Shown here: positions 43,346 through 56,191 of the stretch, piece after piece
How the letters are laid out: the number at the start of each line of letters is the position of its first letter
Numbering within the stretch: the stretch's first letter is position 1
Source of the DNA: Octopus vulgaris
Taxonomy: Eukaryota
Direction of reading: 5' to 3'
Assembly: GCA_951406725.2 (NCBI GenBank)
Contig: OX597821.1
Location: 72,106,001-72,170,000, forward strand
Length of the DNA stretch: 64,000 nucleotides
The notes under the pieces: model-generated
Seen by the model: only the letters and a program-made list of their open reading frames with translations
Database searches by the model: none
What the model was told of the DNA's origin: nothing
Made by a program: the position numbers and the translations under genes

Positions 43346-43641
43346 ATATACATATACGGTAGGGTGTGATTTGAGAGAGATTTGACTGCTATTTATGGTA
43401 TGTCAAATGAGACTGTAGAGGTGTTCTCGTAGAACATTATTATGATACAAGTAGAATATCTCGCTTTCACTGCGTGGAGAGGTTTCAAAGCTGACGTTAT
43501 TACTCGCCATGATACGTTGTTTCCTTGTGAGAATTGAAAATACTTCAGATGGTTGCTTTCTTTACCATTCCAAGCTTTTACTTCAGTACATAAGCTCTGA
43601 GAAAGTTGCTTGCAAAAGCTTAATTGTACTCTTCCAATCCT

Positions 43642-44063
43642 ATGGCGGCGAGCTGGCAGAATCGCTAGCACGCCGGGCGAAATGCTTAGCAGTATTTCGT
43701 CTGCCACTACGTTGTGAGTTCAAATTCCGCCGAGGTCGACTTTGCCTACCATCCTTTCGGGTCGATTAAATAAGTACCAGTTACGCACTAACGTCGATAT
43801 AATCGACTTAATCCGTTTGTCTCTCCTTGTTTGTCCTCTCAGTGTTTAGCTCCTTGTGGTTAATAAAGAAATAGGTATTTCGTCTGTCTTTACGTTGTGA
43901 GTTCAAATTCCGCCGAGGTCGACTTTGCCTACCATCCTTTCGGGTCGATTAAATAAGTACCAGTTATGCACTGAGGTCGATATAATCGACTTAATCCGTT
44001 TGTCTGTCCTTGTTTGTCCTCTCTGTGATTAGCCCCTTGTGGATAGCAAAGAAATAGGTATTT
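43642..44063 (+). mobile_element. SINE family A with a 183-bp tandem duplication of body plus tail
   Basis: Units begin gtatttcgtctg at 43692 and 43875; a third gtattt start at 44058. Confidence 0.9.
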
Positions 44064-45001
44064 TCGAGAGCCTCTAAAATCTACATCGATGAAAAGTTTG
44101 GGTAGAAGAAAATATAGAAAGAATTCAGGTAATTCGGATAGATACATTCCCGGAATGATGTTGCCTCTGAAAGAAGAAAACCAACCGAATACTATAAATT
44201 AAGATAAGCATTTGAAATCGGTGTCAGTTTTTTAATCTTTTATAAACTAACCGAAATTGAGATACTAAAACAATTCCCGATAAATATTGATTGCAATAGG
44301 TTTTAACCGGCCTTAAACCGACTTTAGTAGAGCTTTTAAAGTATAAAGGAGAAAGACATAAGATGAATGAAGCTATCAAGTAACTTTCCAACTAGTTGTG
44401 TTTTACGAACTTAAGTCAATAAAAGATGTTGTTTTGTTATTCTTCGCGTTTGGTCTTCCAGTTTTTTTTTAAGTGCGACTTTCATGTGAGCCGAAAGTTA
44501 ACATTTATCATGTCAGACTGCCAAATGTTGTAGTGGCAGACCATTGTTTATGGATATTCCGAAGGGAGCCTTAAACAGCTCCATCTGATATATCTATCGC
44601 AAACAACAACGATAGTTTAGAATAAAACATTTTCTCGGCGCTACTACAGTTACCATTTTCTAAAATCTTAATTTCCTCTACCTATATCAGTGTCGAGGGC
44701 CCGTGGCCTAGTATTTGGGATGTTGCATTTACGATCAGCAGATCGTGGTTTCGAGTCACGGACCAAGCTGTGCGTTCTGTTCTTTAGCAAAACACATCAA
44801 TTCATGTTATCCCAGTCTACTCGGTTGTAAATATGTCACCCTGCAACAAATTGGTGCCCCGTTCAGCAAGAATATAGTGATTTTGATCAATTATTTGCCA
44901 GGGGAAACCGAGTAACCGGCTCCAAAAGTCCTAGCACTCGAGACAGTACTTACATTGACACAACCTTCTCCCCCTCCCTCTCCCTCTCCCTCTCTCTCTC
45001 T

Positions 45002-45059
<58 letters not shown>

Positions 45060-45260
45060 TCTTTCTCTTTCTTTCCCTCTCTTTCTCTCTCTCTGTATAG
45101 TCCCCGTAACTTAGTGGTTCAGCAAAAGAGAGCGATAGAATAAGTACTAGGCTTACAAAGAATAAGTCCTGGGGTCGGTTTGTTTGACTAAAAGGCGCTG
45201 CCTCAGCATGGCCGCAGTCAAATGACTGAAACAAGTAAAAAAATTTTTTAAATATGTACA

Positions 45261-45347
<87 letters not shown>

Positions 45348-45375
45348 GTATATATACATATACATACATATACAT

Positions 45376-45438
<63 letters not shown>

Positions 45439-45709
45439 CATATATGTGTGTGATTATTAAAAGCTTTTAAATGTTTAAAAGTTCCTACGACCGGTTACTA
45501 AAGCGATCGAAAGGACTTTTAAACATTTTAAAACTTGTGATTTTTAAGATATAACTATTTTACTCTCTATTATAAAAATCGCTCTCATGAATCTCTAAAT
45601 ATCTTTTAAGAGTTTAGACATATTTCACACGGGAGCAATTAATTGTTAATTGTCATCCAGTGCAGCTTGTTTTCAAAGGACGTATTTATTTAACTATATA
45701 TATACATAC

Positions 45710-45888
45710 ATGTCACGACTTCCCTTCCCTGGATCTTTCCTTTTCCCATGTTTCTGACGAAGAGCTCCGCTCGAAACGTTAAATCCCCCTTCTTTCTTTC
45801 CTTTCCTGAGCGTCCAATAACACTGTACTTGTTCCACGTCCTCGCGTTGTTGTGTTTTCTCTTTGTTTTCATGTTTGGATTAACTATA
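45710..45888 (+). mobile_element. Short microsatellite-embedded element (family E) with hammerhead
   Basis: Reverse-complement homologue of 35374-35545. Confidence 0.75.
45750..45784 (+). ncRNA. Minimal type I hammerhead ribozyme
   Basis: gttt-CTGACGA-a-gagc-tcc-gctc-GAAA-cg-TT-aaat; ACGT palindromic stem III. Confidence 0.7.
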
Positions 45889-45916
45889 TGGGTGTATGTG
45901 TGTGTATGTATGTATG

Positions 45917-46675
45917 TATGTATGCTTGTATGTATGTATGTATGTATGTATGTATGTATGTATGTATGTATGTATGCTTGTATGTATGTATAGATAGAGA
46001 GAGAAATTATAGGAAATGGAATTAACGACATTCTTTTTCTAAAAATACAATTGTTTTGACACATTCCTACATTTTTAATACACAGGTAAGGTGTTGTGCA
46101 ATCATTATTTTACTATATATATATAGGGGAGTTCACGAAAAAAGCAAAAGACGAAAGCAGGTGGTGTACAAAACAAACATGTATTAGTATAACGCTCAGG
46201 AATAGAAAAAGTCTTTTACGTTTCGGGCCTACGCTCTTCTAAAGAAAAGAAGACAGAAAAAAAAGCAAAGAGAGAAAAAAAATGTGTGTAGTGGCTACTG
46301 ATCTATCATGGCGAATGCCGGACAGAAGGGTAACACTGTCTTCTTTTCTTTAGAAGAGCGTAGGCCCGAAACGTAAAAGACTTTTTCTATTCCTGAGCGT
46401 TATACTAATACATGTTTGTTTTGTACACCACCTGCTTTCGTCTTTTGCTTTTTTCGTGAACTCCCCTATATATATATAGTAAAATAATGATTGCACAACA
46501 CCTTACCTGTGTATTAAAAATGTAGGAATGTGTCAAAACAATTGTATTTTTAGAAAAAGAATGTCGTTAATTCCATTTCCTATAATTTCTCTCTCTATCT
46601 ATACATACATACAAGCATACATACATACATACATACATACATACATACATACATACATACATACAAGCATACATA
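45917..46675. repeat. 340-bp inverted duplication with 79-bp spacer
   Basis: Arms 45917-46256 and 46336-46675; landmarks pair at a constant coordinate sum (no indels), no mismatches noticed. Confidence 0.95.
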
Positions 46676-46677
46676 TA

Positions 46678-47135
46678 AACATAGCAATCCTGGTTTAGGA
46701 CGAATGTTGCTGTAATTTAGCCCCCGGAGACATCGTCTCCTGTTGGCTATACGACACGACCTTGGTCCTTATATTTTCTAATTTATAAATCAGTGACTAG
46801 TTGTCACTTTGAAGGCTATATATTTCGAGCCGGAATTTGACACCGCCACCTCTAGGCAAACAATTATTCTGTGCTGATGAAGGGAAATAACCCAGAAATC
46901 GCGATACACAGATATTGTTTTGAGCTGAGTGGGGGTGCTAAATTCCCTTGTTCAAAAATAAAAGGACGCACATCGTGTCATATAGCCAGCTGGAGACGAT
47001 GTCTGCTGGGGCTAAATTACAGCAACATTCATCCTAAACCAGGACTGCCATGTTATGTTGGCAAACAATCTTTACTCCAAAGTACTGTTGCTGAATGTCT
47101 CTCGTCGTGTGATTCAAAAATAGTAACTTTCCTTC
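46678..47135 (+). mobile_element. Penelope-like terminal element: inverted partial repeat, hammerhead, direct terminus
   Basis: 46678-46780 is the inverse of 46960-47055; hammerhead in between; family shared with 30222-30518. Confidence 0.7.
46868..46912 (+). ncRNA. Minimal type I hammerhead ribozyme (one stem II mismatch)
   Basis: tctgtg-CTGATGA-aggg-aaataa-ccca-GAAA-tcgcga-TA-cacaga; 6-bp stem I, palindromic ATCGCGAT. Confidence 0.75.
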
Positions 47136-47169
47136 ATTGTGTTGAAAAAACAATACTTTTTTAAAACAG

Positions 47170-47497
47170 TCCTAACAGTAGCGCATCGTGCGCCTATGGC
47201 TATGACCTCGGATCCAAGGCTCAGACTTCACAATGGAAGACTCCAACGAGATTTCAAAACGTCGAAAAAATCCAAGAGAATGTGACGAGACAGCTTATTG
47301 GTACCACCACTACCACCACCACCATCAAAAGAATTACGAAGTTCGAGGAATGCTTCCATCAATGGAGACGGCACTGGGTAAGGTGAGCGACTTCAGAAAG
47401 GAACCATTTTGAAGGGGATTCAGTGCCGAAAGGATACGCGTTGTACTTCCTTTGTTTTTTATAATACCAGTTGGATACTTTTTGATCAGACATCGTA
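47170..47497 (+). mobile_element. Deleted mariner 3' fragment
   Basis: YGYDLGSKAQTSQWK, RFQNVEKIQENVTRQL, CFHQWRRHW..HFEGD, ending in TIR-like tactttttgatcagacatcg+TA. Confidence 0.7.
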
Positions 47498-48031
47498 TAG
47501 AGGCACGCACACACACACATCTTACATCTGTGCAAATATATATGTATTAACACTTGAATTTTGTAATTGTAATAATTGGACTCGATTTTGTTGATATTGA
47601 GTATCCCAGTCAGTAAATAATCTGTCGTTACTTTAACCGTGCTTTAATATAATAACCTCAAATTACTCACACAGATATTACATACATACATGCATACATA
47701 CATACATACATACATGCATACATGCATACACACACATACATACATACATACATACATACATACATACATACATACCATATCATACATACATACATACATA
47801 CATACCATATCATACATACATACATACATACATGCATACATATAAACACACACACACACATACATACATACATACATACATACATACATACATACATACA
47901 TACATACATACATACATACATACATGCATGCATACATACATACATACATACATACATGCATACATACATGCATACATGCATACATACATGCATACATGCA
48001 TACATACATGCATACATACATGCATACATAC

Positions 48032-48553
48032 ATCGTGGCACTCCGTCGGTTACGACGACGAGGGTTCCAGTTGATCCCATCGACGGAATAGCCTGTTCGT
48101 GAAATTAACGTGCAAGTGGCTGAGCACTCCACAGATATGTGTGCCCTTAATGTAGTTCTCGGGGAGTGTGACAAGGCTGGCCCTTTGAAATACCGGTACA
48201 ACAGAAACAGGAAGAAAGAGAGAAAGTTGTGGTGAAAGAGTACAGCAGGGTTCGCCACCACCCCCTTGATTTATCGACCCTGAAAGGATGAAAGGCAAAG
48301 TCGACCTTGGCGGAACTCAGAACGTAATACCTATTTCTTTACTTACCCACAAGGGGCTAAACAGAGAGGGAACAAACAAGACGAACAAACAGATTAAGTC
48401 GGTTATATCGATCCCAGTACTTATTTAATCGACCCCGAAAAGATGAAAGGCAAAGTCGACCTCGGCGGAATTTGTACTCAGAACGTAACGGCAGACGAAA
48501 TACCGCTAAGTATTTTGCCTGGCGTGCTAACGATTCTGCCAGCTCGCCGCCTT
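48032..48553 (-). mobile_element. Adjacent SINEs: family B 3' part (48032-48265) and family A with partial tandem unit (48268-48553)
   Basis: Reverse complements of the family B tail and of the family A head, core and tail. Confidence 0.85.
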
Positions 48554-48708
48554 AAATATAATACGTATTATTGACAGATAAGTGGACTGAAGCAACGGAA
48601 AAAAACTGTTTTCTACTGAAAAACATCTCAGAAATTGCAAATGATTTGAACCCATACACTATGAACAAGCTGTAAAATATCGTTTTTTATTCAAACCTAC
48701 AATTTCAC

Positions 48709-48757
<49 letters not shown>

Positions 48758-51081
48758 TACTCATACACACATACTCATACACACACACACACATACATGC
48801 ATATGTGTATATATGCATATATATAAATGTATTTATGTGTTTATATAAATATGCATATATACATACACACAGACATGTGCATATATGGTGCATATGTAGG
48901 TACCTATATATAGAACCGGAGAGAGATTTATTGGCGGAGGGGCGTACGAGTGGTTGTGCACTTCAGTTATGTTACAGAGATTATATTATTTCTGGTGAGC
49001 AAATATGTCAAGAGAAAATAATACCACAAAATAAAACAAGACAAGTAAAAGTTTTTAAAAGACTACCAACAAACATCAACACCAGTTTAAACCATAGCCT
49101 CTGACTCATTCTATGTTTCATATTTTTAATACGCCTAGTTTTATGTTCGTCTCCTGATTATAGCAGTGGTCACTTCCGTAAACCACTTCAAATAAAATTG
49201 TGTGTACTTTTTCTATCTTTTTTTCTTTCTCCCTATTTAGAATTCTTTAATTTAGGCAGTTAAAAAAAAACTGAAGTCTCGATCAAGTTTGTCTCATATT
49301 CTTAATCAAGTAAGAAAATGAAGTTGAGCCACTCAGTGACATTTTCAAAAATAAGTATCTACTTCCGGCAAAACATTCATCTTCTTCCGCTCCTCATTCA
49401 GCCATTATGACATCTCAGTGTTGATGTGATTGGTGTTAAGTAATCAAGAGTGATCCTGCTCGTGAAGAAGAGAAAAACGACCAAAAGAAACCCTTCTGCG
49501 ATGTTTTGCCGTTGATGATTTTGGAGATGTTATTTCTCTGAATATATTAAACATTTCATGCCAATATCTACAAGATATCAGATTCATATCATAATTGTGA
49601 TATTTGTCTTATTTTTTTAAGTCAGAATCGTTTATCTCTGTAAAGTGATCTAATTGAATGAGGTAAGATTTCAGCATTTCCTAGTTATGTCCAAAAATAT
49701 CGTTGAAACTCACAAACAAAGCCACTGATGCAGTGAAATAAGCAAAATAAACAGACCACTAATAGCTTCCGGTTTGGTAGGGGAAATCACTTGAAGCTGT
49801 CAATATCAGGTTAATTTTCTAAAATTTTATCTCGACCTATTGCTGAGAGTCCACTTGTCAATAATTTTGAACATAAAACTCTATGAACATAATCAAGTTG
49901 AAAGATGAAGAGAAAAGTTGATAAACTAAAATGGAAATAGAGACTGCTGCGATAATGAGTAAAAATTGTGATAAATGATGTTGTGGGGAGGAAAGAGCTT
50001 TAGAAATAAAAATATTGCAATAGAAACACCGTTTCAATACAAGATATTATGGAAAAGAAACACAGGAAACTTTTGTTAGTGAGGACAAGGATCAATATCA
50101 GACGACTTTATTGGAAAAGGAATTGTTTTCAAGTTGAAACTAAGACATTATGGAGTGAAACGGAAAAGTTTATGGATTTAAAAAAAAATAAGATGCATGA
50201 AAAGAACTTTAATTAATCATTTTAGTGTAACGATTAATTGCAGGGAACGAACACTATCCTAACGTGAAAATAGAAATATTCTATCGAGTTAGAGGTAAGC
50301 AGAAATCATGAAGAATTATGGTGCAGTAAAAACGCTGGAAACTTGGAACAAAATATTGTGGAGTAAAAGACAAACGTTTCTAAAAGAAAAGAAACTGAAA
50401 GCCATTTTCTGTGACGACTTGTTTGCTTGGCTTTTTGCAATGAGACCATCTATTCAAGATGGCTGTTTGGTTATTTACTTTTCCTTAAACTAATTTCTTT
50501 AGATTAGGTTCATAGCTATGAATGTTAAATATAGGTTTGGGAAAATATAAAGTTTATTCTTTTCTTACTGCGAATAAAAGTGAAGTGAAATGCTTTTAAT
50601 TGTTAATTGGATCGATGTAGTTATTTAAATTCGACGGAACATAACCTCTAATTCAAGGACAGTACGAAGACTAAAAGAACTCTGAAATGTGTTGTTGATC
50701 TTGCCAGAAACATTTGGTTAAGCCTCGTACGTAAAACGCCTGGACGTGTGGACTTGGCTGTGATGGACGTCCTGTGAAGTTTTGTTATGCTCTGTTGCTT
50801 CTCCCCAATTTATGCGGATCAGACTTAATCAATCGCTTAGCCTTCCCATGCCTTTTAGAGTAGGTTTCTGGTTTAAGATTTCTTCCTTCAGTTTCAAAGG
50901 GCTTCTAACTAAACCTTTAAAAAAATCCTAGTTTGCATTTACCTATTTCCTTGACTAGGAATTCATTCATCCTTTTACATTACCTGCAAAAGAACCTATT
51001 TTCAACATCATTGTATATATTATCAGCAGACGTTTATTCGAATCAGTAGGATTAATGCCATGATGTGATTCTATTTTGTTT

Positions 51082-51443
51082 GTGGAGGCGCAATGGCCCA
51101 GTGGTTAGGACAGCGGACTCGCGGTCGTAGGATCGCGGTTTCGATTCCCAGACCGGGCATTGTGAGTGTTTATTGAGCGAAAACACCTAAAAGCTCCACG
51201 AGGTTCCGGCAGGGATGGTGGTGATCCCTGCTGTACTCTTTCACCACAACTTTTCTGTTGTACCTGTATTTCAATGGGCCAGCCTTGTCACTCTCTGTGT
51301 GACGCTGAATATCCCCGAGAACTACGTTAAGGGTACACGTGTCTGTGGAGTGCTCAGCCACTTACACGTTAATTTCACGAGCAGGCTGTTCCGTTGATCG
51401 GATCAACCGGAACCCTCGTCGTCGTAACCGACGGAGTACTTCC
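51082..51443 (+). mobile_element. Full-length SINE family B with 14-bp TSD
   Basis: tRNA-like head ggcgcaatggcccagtggttagg..ggtttcgattcc; TSD attctattttgttt at 51068-51081 and 51444-51457. Confidence 0.9.
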
Positions 51444-52084
51444 ATTCTATTTTGTTTATTTCATAGACGAGCGGAAGGTTAAAATCAAAACCGGCTGGAT
51501 TTGAACTTAGACGATAAAGGGACAAACGGACGTGAACAGTTATCGCAATACACACAGTACAACGATCACGAAAAACGAACTGTTAGCCATCTTAATAACG
51601 AAGTCCATTTCAAGTCCGACTTTTAATTGACTAAGACCGGAATTTATATTTTTTTCCACGAGGATATAAGCGATATGAACGAAGTGTAAAAACTTAACTA
51701 AAAATCGGACCTAAACTGCAGGCATAGGTTATTAGAAATTTTATTTCATTTTATACAGTCTATGCACCAGTAATATAATCGGGTTTAAAGAAATCTCGAG
51801 ATGACAGGGAACAGTATTCAGCAAACAGTATAATGGTTTCAGCCGACTGTGCAAAATTCCTTTCCATATAAAATGCAACTGTGTCGTTTGTTTTACCGAT
51901 TATAAAACCTTCCTTAAATGCTATCTAGGAATCATGTCTGCAGACTCTCAGAACGCTGTAAGACAACACTTTCTGTTGTTAACAGAACACTTGTTTTGCT
52001 ATATAAATGTTTCAGCATTTTCTTTCAGTTTTCAATTTTAATCTCTTTCCCACTTCTGTCTTTTCCTCTTTCTGTCTTTTACAT

Positions 52085-52161
<77 letters not shown>

Positions 52162-53604
52162 TGTGTTTGTGTGTGTGCGTGCGTATGTATTGATACGTAT
52201 ATACATGTGCATATATGTATAGAATATGTGCGTGTGTATACATATATATACATGTGTGTGTGTGTGTGTGTGTTTAATAGGTCATAAATATCTTTCTTCC
52301 TGTTCTTTAAATTTACCATTCTTTTCAAAAGAGAATGTGCATTGTACACGAAACTGAATCCAGGGCAGCATGAACGCGTGACAGAATCTGTTGAAGACTA
52401 TTCGCCACTTAGTAGATTTATGATAGTCAACGAATATCTTCTTAATGTTACAGTCTTAAAAGAAAGAGCAATTGGTGCTGCAGCTGGCTTTTCTGGCGAT
52501 CCATATGTCTGCACAGGAATAGATCATGGAAAAAAATCGCTGTTGTTGAAAAATCAGTTTTGGGGTATATTTTTTTATTTTAATTTTATTGAAGTGCAAT
52601 ACTTAAGTTAATCGTAGCACTTGTCGCTTAAATATGAATTTTGGCACCGGGATGTTGAATGAGGGTGTAGCTCGGAAAGTGTGTATCTCGATGGGAAGCT
52701 AGCAATATACACATGCTATCAATATGTTTAAGCGTATATTTTGTTTACACCACCAACATAGATAAGCCTGTGCTGTATAGTAAGAGATTATTAAAACCTA
52801 ATCTATGTTATTTTGGAAAAGCTATAATTTCTAATAATGTATATTTAAAAGAAAATCTGTCGCCCATCTGTACATTTGAACGGTTTGCTTCGTCATATTT
52901 ATTCCAGTTACTGTTCATTAAACGATAGACAATCACTTTTTCTGCCTTTCACTGTCACCAGCCAGTGAAAAGAGTAAAAGAAAGAAAAAACCCTCCCCTT
53001 CAAAAAAAAAATAAATTGTACGCTAAAGGAAGTCGAGTAGACACGCCATCTCTGCCCCAAGACAACTTAAGTGGCGAAGTCATCCGAAAGACCGGTTATA
53101 CATCCTCTTCAAGATAGTGAAAGAAATAAAATGAGAAACGAATTCTATGCTAATTAATGAGGAGGTGGAAATAGTTCAAAAGACACTTCATTCTTTTATC
53201 TTTTATTCAAAAGGTAAGACAGAGTCAATGGCCCTTTACAGGGCCTTCGAAACTGGTGAAAGAGATGGAGAGAGAGACGGTGGGGTATCCTCAAACCAGA
53301 GACGGTCCCTGGATGTTTGCAACAGAGTAAACTCCACAAAAGACATCCACGGTGTCACGTGCTGGTGTAAAACCAGACAACAGATTACGTCTATGTTTGG
53401 GTACGGTAGGATTTGAACTCAAAACCCAAAGACCCGAGCAAGCGCTGCAAGGCATCTGGGCCGACCTTCTTACAGTTTCAGCAGCTCACTGCCCTATAGC
53501 TTTTTTCCTCAAATTCTAGGATCCATGAGACTGGTTACGTAGTTTCCGCTGTCCAAGGATCGCAACATTCTCCTCAATGGAACACCGGTCCGTTACTTGG
53601 TTCA

Positions 53605-53945
53605 AGGTCAGAAATTTTGAAGGGAGGGTACAAGTTGATTATGTCAATCCCAGTATATGACTGGTACTTATTTCATCGATCCCAGGAGGACGAAAGGCAA
53701 AATTGACCTCGGCAGGATTTGAACTCCAAACGTGAAAAGCCTGTAGAAATGTTACTAAGCATTTTCCGATACGCTAACGACTCTGCCAGCTCACCGCCTG
53801 GCTGCCCTGGATTAGTACTTTCTTATCGATTCCGAATAAAGGATCTACAAAGTTGACATCAGGGAGATTTGAACTCATAACACAGAGTGTCGGAGTAAAT
53901 GTCGTGAGGTATTCTATCCGATGCTCTAGAGATTCTGCTAAGGAT
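53605..53945 (-). mobile_element. Two decayed SINE family A copies
   Basis: ctggtacttattt..gaaaggcaaa..gacctcggcaggatttgaactc..ctgccagctcaccgcc. Confidence 0.7.
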
Positions 53946-54065
53946 AAGGATAATCTATTGGTGAAAACCACGCAAACAGTCCAGCATTACCTGAAAAATG
54001 CCAACCCAACGAATATTTGATGCTATTGACTTCGTCCAGTGCAGAGAATAGCAATAAAAATTGTA

Positions 54066-54069
<4 letters not shown>

Positions 54070-54108
<39 letters not shown>

Positions 54109-54405
54109 CACGTGCTTTCACTTCACTACTGAACGCAACTATGTGTGCCTTGCGTATGTGCTGTGGTTTGTTGTGGTGCTCTTATTTTTATTGTATTGAA
54201 AGTGTTTTACACAGGATGTGTGCAGTGCCTAGTAGTACTATTTTCTGTATGTTTTATATACTTGTTAGTCCTGGTGTTTTTGTTATGTATTTGTCTGAAT
54301 GTTATTTTTTATCATACCTAATACGCCTACTATGATAGGAATTGTTCTTGTTTTTAGGCTCCATATTCGAGTTACCTCTATTTCCAGATCTTTGTATTTT
54401 GAAAT
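54070..54405 (-). mobile_element. 3' end of an R4/Dong-like RLE retrotransposon with (TAA)n tail
   Basis: Minus translation ISKYKDLEIEVTRIWSLKTRTIPIIVGVLGMIK..IQKIVLLGTAHIL, then UTR and (TAA)n. Confidence 0.8.
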
Positions 54406-54498
54406 GGTGGTGGTGCCTGGTGGTGGTGGTGGTGGTGGTGGTGGTGGCGGTGGCGGTGGCGGCGGCGGCAACAGCAGCAGCAGTAGTAGTAGTAGTAG

Positions 54499-54712
54499 TA
54501 AGGCGGCGAGTTGGCGGAATCGTTAGAGCGTCGGACAAAATGCTTAGCAGCATTTCGTCTATCTGCGGGTTCTAAGTTCAAATCCCGCCGCAGTCGACTT
54601 TGCCTTTCATCCTTTCGGGGTCGGTGAAATAATTACCAGTGGAACACTGAGGTCGATGTAATTGTCTAACCCCCTCCCCCAAATTTCAGGCCTTGTACCT
54701 ATAATAGAAAGT
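54499..54712 (+). mobile_element. SINE family A, full length
   Basis: aaggcggcgagttggcggaatcgttag..gtcgactttgcctttcatcctttcggggtc..ccccaaatttcaggccttgtacc. Confidence 0.85.
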
Positions 54713-54741
54713 ATTGTTGTTGTTGTTGTTGTTATTATTAA

Positions 54742-54802
<61 letters not shown>

Positions 54803-55667
54803 TGCCATAAAAGATCGCCTTTTACAGAGAGTTGCATCAAAGCTATTTCTGCAGGATTACCTGACTTTTTTTGTCCAGTTCTTCAAAAGGAAAACTTTCG
54901 AACTGTTTCTTGAACAACACCATTACCAGGCGTAAAGCAACTGGTGGCAGTCCGAATCACAGACCATAAGGTGGAAATATTTTGTAAAGAAATCTAAATG
55001 TAAAACATTAAAATTTTTGTTTTCTACTTTTCATCGTGTTTGAAACAACATACTAAAACTTTTTGAAAAGACGATGTTTTTAAGAAATAAGGAATTTTGA
55101 TGACCAATGTTGTAATGAAGATTCATTCTGCATTATCGCTACGAAAGATGAGAGAGAAAATGTGAGTGTGAGGGGGTGAGAGAGGGAGAAAAGTTAGATT
55201 GAAGGTGAGAGAATGAGAGATGTGAAGAGAGCGAGAGAAAATGAGAGAGAAACTGAAAAAGAAGTAAAACATTGATGTCATAAACGGGTAGACTTGCCGC
55301 ATCTCCTACTCTACCACTACTCCGATATAACTATCTGTTTTTCAACATCGCCTTTTTCTTGAATCTTCCTTATTTTACTCCAAAGGAATCTTGGATTTCA
55401 GCTTTCTTTTCTTTATATACTATTGTGGAACGATATTTGAATTTGTGTGCAAATTTTTGGGAAATTTCGTTTAGAAATGACGCTCATGTTTCAACCAAAC
55501 ATCGACTTTATACACAGACAGACAGACACACACACACACACATACACACACATACACACACATACACGCACGCACACGCACACACACACACACGCACACG
55601 CGCACACACACGCACACACACACGCACGCACACACGCACACACACACACACACACTCACACGTATAT

Positions 55668-55850
55668 AGTTGAAATTTATAAAAATCAAAAGACGAAGAC
55701 AGGTGTATGAACAAGCATTTTAATTTGACGCTCGACAAAAGTGAAAAAGCCTTTTACGTTTCGAGCCTGCACTCTTCAAAAGAAAGGAATAAGAAGAAAT
55801 AAATAAACAGGAAGAGAATGAAAAAAACTTGTAGAGTTCAGCAATTCAGT
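55668..55850 (-). mobile_element. Short (TA)n-associated element (family F) with decayed hammerhead
   Basis: Homologous to 46125-46330; minus strand ccttt-CTTTTGA-a-gagtgcaggctc-GAAA-cg-TA-aaagg (55750-55787). Confidence 0.65.
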
Positions 55851-56154
55851 ATATAAGTATATATATATATATTATTTTATTCTTTTACTTGTTTCCGTCA
55901 TTTGACTGCGGCCATGCTGGAGCACCGCCTTAAGTCGAGCAAATCGACCCCAGGACTTATTCTTTTGTAAGCCTAGTACCTATTCTATCGGTTTCTAGCC
56001 CTATAAGAGATCTAAATATCCTCATAGTGACTATGTGTGTATGTGTGTGTGTGGTTAATCAAAAAAAAAACTAAGAAAAAGACAAGAAAAACAACAACGC
56101 GAGGATATAGTACATGGAAAGTGTTAAAAGACGCTCAAGGAAGGAAAGAAAGGG

Positions 56155-56191
56155 TGTTTTACGTTTCGAGCAAAACTCTTCTTCAGAAACA
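56155..56191 (-). ncRNA. Minimal type I hammerhead ribozyme, intact core
   Basis: Minus strand tgttt-CTGAAGA-a-gagt-ttt-gctc-GAAA-cg-TA-aaaca, within family E element 56053-56270. Confidence 0.75.

Noticed and set aside
43692-44057. CRISPR-like or satellite array
   Set aside because: Two 183-bp SINE-derived units without spacers; eukaryotic context
51082-51160. tRNA gene
   Set aside because: Only A/B-box-like SINE head; no full cloverleaf, and it continues into a SINE body with TSD
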